DNA from: Sphagnum compactum | Lineage: Eukaryota | Reading direction: 5' to 3' | Assembly (NCBI GenBank): GCA_965153455.1 | Contig: OZ234493.1 | Location: 31,114,213 to 31,178,212 of the forward strand | DNA length: 64,000 bases | Shown here: piece by piece, positions 1 through 11,116 of the stretch | Numbering within the stretch: position 1 is the stretch's first letter | How the letters are laid out: the number at the start of each line of letters is the position of its first letter | Made by a program: the position numbers and the translations under genes | The notes under the pieces: model-generated | Told to the model about the DNA's origin: nothing | What the model saw: only the letters and a program-made list of their open reading frames with translations | The model's database searches: none

Positions 1-1466
1 CAGTCCAGCGTCAGACAGGGAACAGACGACGGTGGAATCACGCCGCATCAACAGCACAAGACACCCACCCCCACGAAGCAAACAGAAGCCCAAAAAAAGC
101 GAAGCAAATCAAAGGTGTCACAACACGCACGCAGGCGCAGACCCCGCCCATTGAATAAATGTATTTGGGTATTTATATGTATGATGGTGTTTTTTATATT
201 AGAAAATTATGGATGTGTTTTTTTTAATTATGTATTGTGTACTATTTATTTGTGAGTATTATTTCCAAATTTGAAGTTTCATAATACACATGTCCAAATA
301 ATTATGTGGTTAATATTATGTTGTGTCATTTGGGAAGTAAATTTTGGGACATAGCCTTGTAATTTAAACACAATGTGTATGGGTTTATGATCTCTCCAAT
401 AAGTTTCAAAATTATCTTGTTGTATTAGTGCATTGGTCCATATGTGATCTATTTGAGTGTTATAAATAGTAACTATTTTGAAAAAAACAAGTCTTAAACC
501 ATATATCCATAAAATTTTGTAGTTCCATTGATTGTAATGTGTTTGTTAACATGTTTATATTGAAATTCCCAATTATTATAGTTGGACAATGCATAATTAT
601 TTTTTGGACAATAGTTTTTTAAATGGAAAGGAATAAGATAGTAGCATATTTGGGAGTTTATAAATTGTAATTACATGTATAGCTTCTCACGTATTTTATT
701 AAAGGTTGCGACAATGAATTTGTTATTGAAATTATGTTTGACAAAGAGATCATTTCATCATAAAGTATCATTATTCCATGTTGATCATAACAAGATATTA
801 AATTTGTTATTTAGTATAGCATTGTGAATTTTTTGGTATGTATAAATATTTTGTATTATTGTTTCATTAAAACAAAGAATATATGATGCAAATAAGTTTT
901 GATTTACAAGGATGTCTTGGAAATGTAAAGAATGAGAGTTAAGGGATTGATAGGTAAAGGTAATATTATATGAAGAGTGGAAAAAAAAAAAAAAGTAACA
1001 AGGTGAGTTATTGAAGCTCAAAAATAGTCAGGATATGGATACGTAGCAAGATTTAATGGTACAAGTTGATAGAAAAGTATAGAGTGACAAGTTGTGACTA
1101 TTGCAAGCCAATGATGTAAGTCGACAACCAACCTAACAAGCCAATAGACCTGACATACCATCCAATCCAGTCATTTAAGGCCTCTGGGTTGCCTTGCAGC
1201 TAATCAATGATGGTTGAACCAACAAGCAGTTAAGCAAATAAAATAAGTTATAACCACCAAGAAGACTTTGTATAAAGGGCACGAAGTCCAATAGTTTTGG
1301 GTTCGCCATTTTTGATAAATAGGCGTTCCAACAATTTAGAGATAGGACACTGTAAATGAAACATGGATTTCCAAGGACATTGTGTGCATGTGTGCGTGTG
1401 TGTGTGTGTGTGTCTATCTATCTGTGTGAGTAGTTTAATCTGTGGCAAGGGCAGATTTGGGAGCAA

Positions 1467-1640
1467 TGTTAGAGCGAGGTTTATGAACTAGTAAAACATC
1501 AATAAAAAAAAGTAAAGCAATGAGGTAATCTACCAAGAAAGCTCGGACCATGGGGTACGTGGTACTTTAATGGATGGCACAAGGAAGAACCCAACAGTTT
1601 ATGAGAGGGGGAAAATGTATATAAAATTAATAAGCTAACA
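1467..1640 (+). mobile_element. Putative 5' LTR of an old Tat/Athila-like Ty3/Gypsy element
   Basis: Bounded by perfect 6-bp inverted ends TGTTAG (1467) ... CTAACA (1640) and followed after 2 nt by a PBS-like sequence. No second copy was seen in the window. Confidence 0.6.
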
Positions 1641-1642
1641 TT

Positions 1643-1660
1643 TGGCGACCATGCTAGGGA
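1643..1660 (+). promoter_or_regulatory. Primer-binding site (PBS)-like sequence
   Basis: TGGCGACCATGCTAGGGA starts with TGG (complement of tRNA CCA) 2 nt after the LTR's CA end; it resembles the TGGCGAC...GGGA PBS of Tat/Ogre-type plant Gypsy elements. Confidence 0.6.
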
Positions 1661-1813
1661 ATGTTGTCATGCCCGTATGCATGGTTTCATACATGAGGTC
1701 GTTTATGGGCATGCCATTCATGCCTTTTAGGGTTAATGTACGCTCTTAGGGTTAGTGTACGTTCTTAAGTTACTGTACATTATTAAGTGTTTAGGGTTTC
1801 AACTTATTGGCAA

Positions 1814-1825
1814 CTATATAAAAGG
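1814..1825 (+). promoter_or_regulatory. TATA-box-like motif in the 5' terminal region of the retroelement
   Basis: CTATATAAAAGG followed by a pyrimidine-rich stretch, as is typical of LTR promoters. Confidence 0.35.
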
Positions 1826-2492
1826 CAAAGCCCTTCCCTTCTCTTGTTAGTTTTTCTAGAATTCCTTTGTCACGGAAAGTTTTCTCCATAATAGATTGGA
1901 TTTCTAGATGCTCACAACGGCCATTACACGACCACCGTTTACATACACTTCTTTTCTTTCCTTCTTTGCAACTCAATTTTAGAAAAACTATTCTCTATCA
2001 TTTAATGTTAAAAGCGGCAAATTTTTTACACATTTGAGTTCTTGAATTTATTTTTGCTACTAGTGTTGTTATTGCTAGGGTTGTTGTTGCTGTTGTTACG
2101 GCTGCTGGAAGGAGCTTGTGCTGTTACACCTCTACCAACCAAGGAGCTTGGAAAAGCGAGATCAAAGGGGGGAGTGATGTATTCTGGACCAGGTTTCAAA
2201 GTTGTTTTTTTTTCTCTCTTTCTTTTTTTCTCTCTCGTGTAGAGACATAGGAGGTTGAAGTTGCTGGAGCCAAGCGTTGCAATGAGTAAAAAAAAAAATT
2301 GCATCTACAACACCACGATCTATAGTGCAGCGAGCTGTAGCCCGGCGTTCGTAGCATTGCCACCCACCATCACTTCGAAGTTCACGGTCACTTCACAGCG
2401 CTGTGGCTGTCGTGTCGCTTCACGTTTGCCATCGTTGTCGAGCTCACGGACACCTCACAGCGCCGTGGCGCTCGTAGCACCGTCCGTCCATA

Positions 2493-2870
2493 GACTTTCG
2501 TCAGACTTCTATCGGACATTTGTCGAACTTTCGTTGGACATCAGTCGGATTTTCATCGGATGTTTATCAGATTGTCATCAGACTTCCGTCTGACTTTCGG
2601 TCGACTTCCATTTGTCGAACTGTCATCTGACTTCCGGCCAACATCCGTTCGATTTCCAGCCGACTTCCAGTCAACTTTTGGCCAACTTCCGCCGACGTCC
2701 GTCCGATTTCCGGCCGACATCCGATTAACTTCCGTCCGACTTCCGTTCGACTTCCGTCTATGGACTTCTGCCCACCGACTTCTGTCTATGAACTTCCATC
2801 CGACTTCTGTCTATGGATTTCCATCCACCAACATCCATCCACAAACGTCCATCCATCGACGTCTGTCTGT
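2493..2870 (+). repeat. Degenerate CG-rich tandem array, about 25 x 11 bp (consensus GACTTCCGTCC), grading into about 14-bp units
   Basis: Units such as gactttcgtca, gacttccgtct, gacttccggcc, gatttccggcc, aacttccgtcc, gacttccgttc in 11-bp register, just upstream of gag. Confidence 0.85.
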
Positions 2871-2947
2871 CGCCGTTAATCCCCGTATCCAATACCATAT
2901 TCTTCAAACTATATTTAGTGCTCTATATTTCTACAAAATTTTGGAGC

Positions 2948-4692
2948 ATGGGACAACACCATTCCTCAAATGATGAGAGCACTACCGCTCAACCAGAGCT
3001 AAAGTATCAGCTACGAAGTAACACACAATCATTTGAGCCGATTTCTTGAGCTCACGATCTTCACGACGGTACCATCAAGTGTCTATAATGCCATCGTCAT
3101 CCAGTACAACTCCTACCAGGAATTCAGGTTTAGGTTACACTACATCAACGATACATCAGAATCCGTTTGGAAAGGTCAATCAGTGGGTTACACCTGCGGC
3201 TGCACCAGCTTTCACACCATCACCTTATATTCCGCTGCAAGCCGTTACCTCTACACCCATATACACCATGGAGGTCAGCAGTTCCTTTGGGAGAATTGAG
3301 AAGTTTAGCGGAAGGCTAGATACCATTTCTTTGAAGGAGTTCAAGGCAACTTTCTCAACTGTGGTTTGTGAATTGGAGTTCAAGTATGGCGTTCATTACA
3401 CCGAAGCATTCGCATTCAAACAACTGGCCCGTTATGTGCACTATGAGGCATTGGATGTCTATGAGCAACATTTTCTGAGGATTTTGGGTGTCACCTAGAT
3501 CCCCAATCTACCTTATGCCATAGCCATCGCCACCGCCTCTCCAGTTACACTGCAATCTACCATTGCACATCATGGGACTATGCCCAATAATCCAGATCCG
3601 GTACCTATTTTATTAAACCTTTTTCCTCAACAACTCATTGCTACTACCATAAACATTCCTCCCACCATTGATGCACCAGCTTTTGTTGATCTAGTGGGGG
3701 AATTCTTTCGAATTCTTGAGCTGGAATTTTCGATAAATAGTTCTCAAAATTTTCTACAGCTCGCCACTTTCTTTCGGCAGAAGGATGAAACCCTCAAGAT
3801 GCTCTACAGAAGGCTTCTCAAGCTCAAAGAGGATACTGAGAGCATTACAGACGTGGAAGTTGCCCATTGGTATCTTTGTTTGTTGGAAGGTACTCCGACA
3901 TTCCATGCGCAGGTTTTGCAACGGGTTTTTGTAGAATTTGGAGACTCGTACACTTTGTTGGATGTGTACAACATTTCTGAAAAGCTAGAATTGGCTCATG
4001 CACACTATGAGGCCAATACTATGAGGCCTCCATCACGTTCAAGGCCTCATCCTCCACCAGTTGCGCCAACCAGATCATCACATTCTTCTTCAAGGGCGAA
4101 AGCAATGCACTTGGCTGCACCCATCCTACCTTCTTGCAACTACTGTGGCAATCCTGCCCACAAAGCTAATGAATGCAACATTCCTTCCGAGGATCTCCTT
4201 TGTGATTATTGTGGGAAAGAGGGACATCAAGAAATTGTTTATTTTGTCAAGTTCCCGGAACGGAAACAACTCCAATTACCACGACAAAATTTGCCAGCAT
4301 CTTTCGTTGCCCCTCAACCAAAAGCTAAGGCACCTCAGCCTTCCACTCAGGCTTTCCCCACCAAGGGTAATTCCAATAATAATGCTAAGAAGAAAGAACA
4401 CAAGGATGACAAAAGGGAGGCGCTTCAAGCCCATGTTGCTCAAGTTCAAACTTTGCAAAATGAACTCGAATCATTCAGGACTCAGCTTGCTAATCTAAAA
4501 GGCAAGTCTGCCCAACCAGCTAATCATGCCCAACTTGTACACGGTTCAGGATCATGGGAGGGACCTCCTAGGTCATTCTATGGCCTCCCACATGATGCCA
4601 TGGTTAGGGAATATGTTCTTTCTAGTGCACACAATTCTAGTCTCACACTAGAATTTGCCACTTCTTTTTGCCCTTCCTACTTCGCGACATAA
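2948..4692 (+). pseudogene. gag: gag with two zinc knuckles (disrupted)
   Basis: Likely ATG at 2948 (MGQHHS), frameshift near 3046, stop at 3496. CNYCGNPAHKANEC is a perfect CX2CX4HX4C; CDYCGKEGHQEIVY is a second knuckle with the last C changed to Y. Confidence 0.85.
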
Positions 4693-5399
4693 AAAGCCAG
4701 TGTGGCACCCAAAGTTTCTACCACTAGGCTGCCATTAGGCAAGTAATTTAGACTGATGGACTCGCATCTGGTTCAAGTCCTATTACCAAGGCTAGAGGAG
4801 CTCGAGTAGTCATGTCATAATCTTTTCGTCCTCTCAACACGGAAGAAGAACGCACCTTGTTGGCGAAGGGGGAAGAGACTACTACACCACAAGTTGCTAG
4901 GGCATCAAATTCTCATGTCCCAAAAGTACATGTACATTAGGAAACACACAATTTTCCACTGATCAGCTTATGGAGTGCCAACTTCAAATGCGTGAAGTGG
5001 CGCAAAAGCTTATGAATACACCATTGTTTAGTTTTCAAGATTTGAAGCTAAGCACCAGGGACATAATTACAATATTAAAGGATACCCTGAACACTACATC
5101 AGGCCCTATGCCAATCCCTGATCCACATGCTACAGGGGTCCCATCCAACACCTTGGAGAAACATTCAATTGGTTCACGTGTTGTAGATGGCATTCGTAAT
5201 TTGGTCATTAGTTCTAGCATGGCTAAACTAATGGGCTTTCTTACCTTTGATTCTACATTCACATATTAGAAGGGAGCTAAGAACACCTCACTTGTGGATT
5301 TGTTACTCAGCAAAGGCATTGTGGATAGCCATTCTCTCCACAAAGTTTCACACTCATTTCCGAAGGTGGTGCCTAATGAGAGAACTTCCATCGCCACCG

Positions 5400-5780
5400 G
5401 AATTGCCATTGTTGACAATACTAAATCAGCAATCTAGGTGGGAGGACATACACCCAGAGTGGTACTTCTTGATACAGGTGCCCAACCAGTGATTCTTCGA
5501 GTTCAATTCACCAAGAAGATGGGCATGCTTGACTTCAAACTATAAAAATTTATGTGACAAATTCGCACCACTAGTGGGAGCGTAGAGGAGGTATTTGGGG
5601 AGAGATCAGATTTGATTGCACTTAACTTCAATGAAGGTACAGATCAAGAGCTTTGCCTACTGGTCAGATGTTTAATCACCAATGCCACCAGTTACGATGT
5701 GTTCATTGGGCAAGAAGCCCTCTTTCCACCAGGTTTCACAATTAACAACTGGTTCGAGCATGCATACAACCGAATGGATT
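5400..5780 (+). pseudogene. Retroviral-type aspartic protease domain (disrupted)
   Basis: VVLLDTGAQPVIL with catalytic DTG at 5471, and YDVFIGQEAL near 5693 (C-terminal hydrophobic-G motif); interrupted by stops. Confidence 0.85.
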
Positions 5781-6120
5781 AGGAGACTGATGGCCACCAT
5801 CTGGGATACATACCCCTTGATTTACATGGGAACCAGAGTTCTATGGCTCACCATTATATGCTCAAGGAAGCACACACAATTTCCTACATCCAACAAACTA
5901 GCCACGAGTGGATAGAGGGAGATGAAGAGGAGACAGCTTACGCCCAAACTACTAAAAGGTTCAAGATGGTCCTACTAACATTCAACATGGACCAGAGGTT
6001 TTACAGAAGTTCAAAGCAGCCCACGAACCCTTGGTGAAAGGTTTATCTAGTTTTGAGAACATGGAGAGCCATGGCGAACTAATTACGCCAGTACTTCATG
6101 AGCTAATCACCTGAACACCG

Positions 6121-7060
6121 CCTAAGGAGGGGATTACATTACTAGAGCTCTTTGGTGGTATTGGTACAAGTCTCGAAGCCCTACTATAGTCAGGGATGGT
6201 GGTTCGGAGATATTTCTGCGTAGACATTGATCCTAATGCAAGGCAAGTGGCAGCATCGAGAATGATGGAGTTCACAACCATATTTCCACAACAGTTTGCA
6301 ACCACCGCATGGAAGGCCAGTTTCACTTTCTTGCCCTCTAACATACAACTAATTCAGAAGAGGCATATGGAATTACTCGGCCCTGTGGACCTCATCATTT
6401 CAGGTTGGGAGTGTCAAGGATTTTCAGCGGCTGGATTTAGAAAAGGCTTGAGTGACACAAGATCCGGTCTCTTCACGGACATGGTACGATTAATCACCTG
6501 GGCTCAATCCATTTCCCCTACGCTTGGTTATGTAATTGAGAACACCCCTTCTCAGCTTGACCAGAAGGAGAAAATCCAGGAGCAGTACACGCTAGTCAAA
6601 CATTACCTTGGAGAGCTGTTCTTATTCGATGCGGCACAATGCGGCTCCTATGCGCACCGGCTACGCAACTAGTGGACCAACCTTGCACCACTCTTAGTTC
6701 TGCAGTTGGCTCTTAGATACACCATCAGAGACCCCAACCTACAGGTTTTTCACATATTGGATGATCAAAGCTCCTGCCAACCAGTTACAAGGCAAAAAAA
6801 ACCTCCTTGGTTTCCTGCGAACATAATAGGAAAACCAAGAGGTGCTTGGCCCACCTTTGTCTCCTTCCCAGGAGCACACGCCTTTCAGGTAGATGGACCA
6901 GGTTTGGTGTATCGTCATGCTTCAGCCACTTGGGATGAACTAAGCCTAGAAGAAAGAAAAAGGGCTATGGGGTTCCAAACTGGCATTACTAGTCACACCA
7001 AGGTGACTAGAATGGAACGTAACGCTCTACTGGGGAGAGGCATGGACCTGAACTCCCTTA
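6121..7060 (+). pseudogene. C5 cytosine DNA methyltransferase domain inside pol
   Basis: One frame, canonical motif order: I LLELFGGIG (6139), II CVDIDPNA, IV VDLIISGWECQGFSAAG (Cys at 6412), V GLSDTRSGLF, VI YVIENT, VIII DAAQCGSYAHRLRN*WTN, IX ELSLEERKRAMGF, X RNALLGRGMD. In-frame TAG stops at 6187 and 6670. Confidence 0.93.
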
Positions 7061-7399
7061 CATGGTTATTGGTAACCTGTGTACTCTTTCAAATGTACAC
7101 AACACCAACACTGATTCAATCAGCTTTGAACTCTAGCGATGTAACTACATGGCACCCCGACCAAATACACTTGCCTATCTTCAACACTCTACATTTCACT
7201 CTTAGTGTTGGGGGGGAGGAGGTACCATGTAATTTGACTCAAATTATTTCTGATACACCTGGAGGTACATCAACTTCTGAAGAAACAATTACAACCTTCT
7301 ACGAATCTGCGTAGTTGGATAGTGGAGAACCCAATACACCAGGTTCTTCAGACACACTTTCCAATTCCATTCCATGCATTTCCAACTACCCTTTCGTTA

Positions 7400-8330
7400 C
7401 GGGGAACCAGCTCACCAAGAAGGAGAGAGCCCTAGTCACGGACTTACTAATTAAGTATGAGAATGTGTTTGCAATCTCAATGAAAGACTTAAACAGGTGT
7501 AAAACCATGCAGTTTTCTATAGACCTTACAGATGAACACCCATCTATCGGAGGAGGCATAGGTTGAGCAAGCATGAGTGGGAAACGATAGATGAAAGATG
7601 CAAAGAACTCCATGAGGCTGGTCTCATTCAGCCATCAAGTTCTGATTTTGCAGCCGCTACAATAATGCTAGCAAAGAAGGATTTAGTTGGATTATGGATT
7701 GAGAAAAGGATGTGCGGGGATTATAGGCCTTTGAACCTGGTTACACTTCAGGACAGGTACCCCATGCCCATCCTTGAAGAACTGTTTGATAACATTAGAG
7801 ACTCAAACATCTTCACAATTGTGGATCTCAGGCAAGGCTTCAACCAGATTGTGCTTGTTGCGAAGGATCGTAAGAAAACGACATTCCATGGAAACAACAA
7901 GTTGTGGGAATGGCTTGTGATGCCTTTTGGATTGAAGAATGCACCTGTCTTCTTTCTGGGAGTCATGGACCAGGTTTTCGAAGGGGCAAATTTCCTGAAA
8001 TGCTACATAAATGACGTCCTAGTGCATAGCAAGGGACTCATGTAGCACTTGGCTCATCTTGAGGAGTTATTCAAGAGGCTCCACGAAGTCAATATGAAGA
8101 TCCATCCTAAAAGTGTGAGTTTGCTGTCACTTCAATAATCTACCTTGGACACAAAATTTTGCCAAATGGTATTATGGCTCATTGGGCCAAAATAGTAGCC
8201 ATTTTGGAAATGCCCAATCCTACTACTGTTCTCACACTTTGAGGAGCTTCATCGGACTATGTAATTACTACAGGATTTATGTCGAAGACTTTAGTACTAT
8301 TGCTCATCCTCTATGCATTGTTAAAGAAGG
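7400..8330 (+). pseudogene. Gypsy reverse transcriptase (disrupted)
   Basis: RMCGDYRPLN, DRYPMP, DLRQGFNQI, MPFGLKNAP, YINDVLV (YIDD with D>N), LRSFIGLCNYYR; stops and frameshifts present. Confidence 0.95.
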
Positions 8331-8399
8331 ATGTTGCTTGGACATGAATGAAGAGGCTCAAGAAGCTTTCAACACACTCAAGGAAAAGCTTTCAAAGTT

Positions 8400-8800
8400 C
8401 CCCATTCTAAGAAGACCTGATTTCAGCAAAGGCTTTATTCGACACACTGACTAGAGTGCTTTTGGTATTGGTGTTATTATTGGCCAACTTGATGAGGAAG
8501 GCAAGGAATATGTTATCGCCTATGCATCCTGAAGCAAAAACAAGGCTGAGAGCAACTACTCTTCATACGAGGGGGAATGTCTTGTTGTTGTATGCGCCGT
8601 CATACATTTCAGGCCCTATCTTTATGGCACCGAATTCACTTTGTATACCGACCACCAGCCTATGAAGTGGTTGATGACCAATAACAAGCTTACTGGTAAG
8701 TTAGCTCGTTGGGCGCTTATACTTCAGGAGTACGAGTTCAAGGTTATTCACTAACCTGGTATTACACATCAGTATGCGGATACCATGTCGCGGAGACCCC
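8400..8800 (+). pseudogene. RNase H domain (disrupted)
   Basis: HTD*SAFGIG, YVIAYAS*S, NYSSYEGEC, FRPYLYG, LYTDHQP, LARWALILQEYEF, ADTMSR. Confidence 0.92.
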
Positions 8801-9099
8801 TCACTACCTCTGAAGATTTTTTAGAAGTCAGGCAAGACTTCGACCAGATTCTAGCAGTACATGTATCTTGTGCATCTAATTATCTTGCACTATTGCAATG
8901 TAACCTGGTTGAGCATCCCATTGTGGATATATGGGAGGCCCTGGACAGTCTGAGGTTTCTTTAACATGGGGAATTCCCTCCCCAAGTTACATCAAATCAT
9001 CGGGATGGCATACAACAACAGTCCAAACGCTACTCATGGAGGGACAGTCACCTCGTCCAATGTTTACCACAAGGCGACAGAGTGGTTCCTCCACCACAT

Positions 9100-9980
9100 G
9101 AACGGCTTAGTATTATTCAAAAGGTACACTCAGAGCTTGGACACTTTGGAGTTTAGCGTACTTATAGCCTTCTCGCTCCTCATTACCATTGGAGAGGTAT
9201 GTATGCTCAAGTCTGAGACATCATTGCTAGGTGTGAACAATGTGATAGAGTGAGAACTTCTTTCTCCTCTTGACAGCTCACGCTTTCTCCACTCCCTATT
9301 CAGGGCATGTTCTATTGCTGGTCATGTGATTTAATTGGAGAGTTACCATAGACCTCCAAGGGTAATGTTTACATCATGATTGTGATTGAGCATTTTTCAA
9401 AGTGGGTCGAACTTGTTGCACTATCGGACAAGTCATCACACAGCACCAGCCAGGCTTTCTTACAACAGGTCCTAAGTAGGTTTAGGGCTTGTGCTGAGTG
9501 CCTTATTAATCAAGGATCAGAATTCAGAGGAGAATTCCAAAACCTATTTGACCATGCTCTCATTGACCATTGCCAGACTTCAAGGGATCATCCCTAAGTA
9601 GATGGCCTTGTAGAAAGGATGGTTCAGACATGTAAGAAGGGACTTCGGAAGATTTGCTTCACTAAGAACAAAGAGGATTGGGACCTAGCCCTACCTTACA
9701 TCGCCATGGGTTATAAGATGTCCAAACATGCCTTTTTGTCTCATTTCTTTCCTTACTCTCTATTTTTTGGGAGACATCCCATTCCACCCTCTTCCATTGC
9801 TGCTCAAATGGACCAGGTTGTGGACTTGGACTCCCCAGCCGCCTGGGCTAGGATCATCGCAGAGAGGGCTGTTCTATTCAAGAGGGTTATGCCCATGGCC
9901 ATGGAGAACTTATCCATTACACATCATCGAAACACCTTATGGTATGCACACACACGAGGTGGCAGTTATAAACCTAAGGT
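9100..9980 (+). pseudogene. Integrase (HHCC zinc finger and catalytic core, disrupted)
   Basis: VHSELGHFG ... CEQCDR (HHCC), WSCDLIG, EHFSKWVEL, NQGSEF, DHP*VDGLVERMVQTCK, WDLALP, LFFGRHP. Confidence 0.92.
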
Positions 9981-10101
9981 GTGTTGGAGTTGGAAGGAGC
10001 TGACGAACGCACAATTCGGGATCACTCCAAAAATTATGCACCACGCCACCTGCTGAACTTAGATCCTACCATTATCACGTCAACTTGGACTTGACTATCC
10101 A

Positions 10102-10236
10102 TGTCAGGTATGTCAAAGGATAGACGATGTTGATTAGATGCTACTTTGTGATAATTATAATGGTGAATAACATCTATTCTGCCTCAAGCCGAAACTCACT
10201 CAAGTTCTCGTCGGCATTTGGTATTGTTCATCATGT
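10102..10236 (+). pseudogene. PHD finger at the integrase C-terminus (disrupted)
   Basis: CQVCQRIDDVD*MLLCDNYNGE*HLFCLKPKLTQVLVGIWYCSSC has C4HC3 spacing with the MLLCD and WYC signatures; one C>Y and two stops. It is missed by the ORF track. Confidence 0.88.
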
Positions 10237-11116
10237 TTTCCTGCAGCACTTGGATTTCTACTCGGACCATGCGTCAGGCGTCCGTTGAACTTTCATATAC
10301 ATGAGAATTTCATCTCAGCCCCCTTTTGTGCATTGTATGTATATGTGCGTGCATATCTTTTTGATTGATTAGTTTCTACCTTTGACTGGTTTTTATCTTT
10401 TTGTTTAGTAGAGTAATTATGGATTTACACCCTTATGACACTGTACGTCATGACACTACATGTTACGACAATATTGTTTTGATTTTTTCTAAAGATTTAA
10501 CATTTTTATGATGGGTGGTGGCGAATTATAACATGGAAAAGGTTGGGTAGAAATGTATAAATATGATATTGGTTTTTATATACTACAAACCTTAAGGCAC
10601 ACCAAGCTAAATGAGAAAGATGATGATGATAAGTATATCATGGGAGTCCATAAAATCAAGAAAGAAAATCCATCAAAAAAAACATTCATAGTTGATGGGG
10701 CGATGAAGATCATTAGATATACTAACTTCTTCACACCTTCTAAAATGATCTTGCCAAGAAACTAATTAAAGACCAAAATCCAGAAAGATATATAACAAAC
10801 AATACTTCTATGATTGAAACACAATCAAAAGATAACACTTCATTGAAAGAGAGCACCATAGAAATTCAATTATAGTCAAAACAATTATAGCAATGGATTG
10901 GTTTCAATCGAGATGCTGAAGAAGATGTGAGAGCAGACCAAACATATTCAAATTTGGTAAATTTTATTACCATCGGACAAGCTAAAAAGTTGATGAGATA
11001 GAATATCTGATATGGATGAAATTGGGAAAATTATAATAAGAGTCTTGAAAAGTGTATTGAACCAAAGTGTTAACATTGTTTAAAGAAAAGGCTTGAGGAA
11101 TTAACCATACCATTAT

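Larger units (their letters stand above)
1665..10470 (+). mobile_element. Degenerate Ty3/Gypsy retrotransposon carrying a C5 DNA methyltransferase and a C-terminal PHD finger
   Basis: Domain order gag-PR-DNMT-RT-RH-INT-PHD read through stops and frameshifts; RT before INT is the Gypsy order. Ends are tentative: TGTCAT at 1665 and ACGACA at 10470, flanked by ATGT / ATAT. Confidence 0.9.

Noticed and set aside
2026-3049. Short ORFs in the retroelement leader (for example 2255-2593, 2560-2973)
   Set aside because: By-products of GC-rich and repeat sequence lacking stops; no recognisable domain.
6121-7060. Host DNMT gene (MET1/CMT/DRM/DNMT3) or bacterial restriction-modification contamination
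   Set aside because: Intronless, collinear with pol, decayed like the rest of the element, with no host regulatory domains and no nuclease partner.
10237-10470. Chromodomain after the PHD
   Set aside because: No YLVKW-type motif seen in the short sequence left before the element end.
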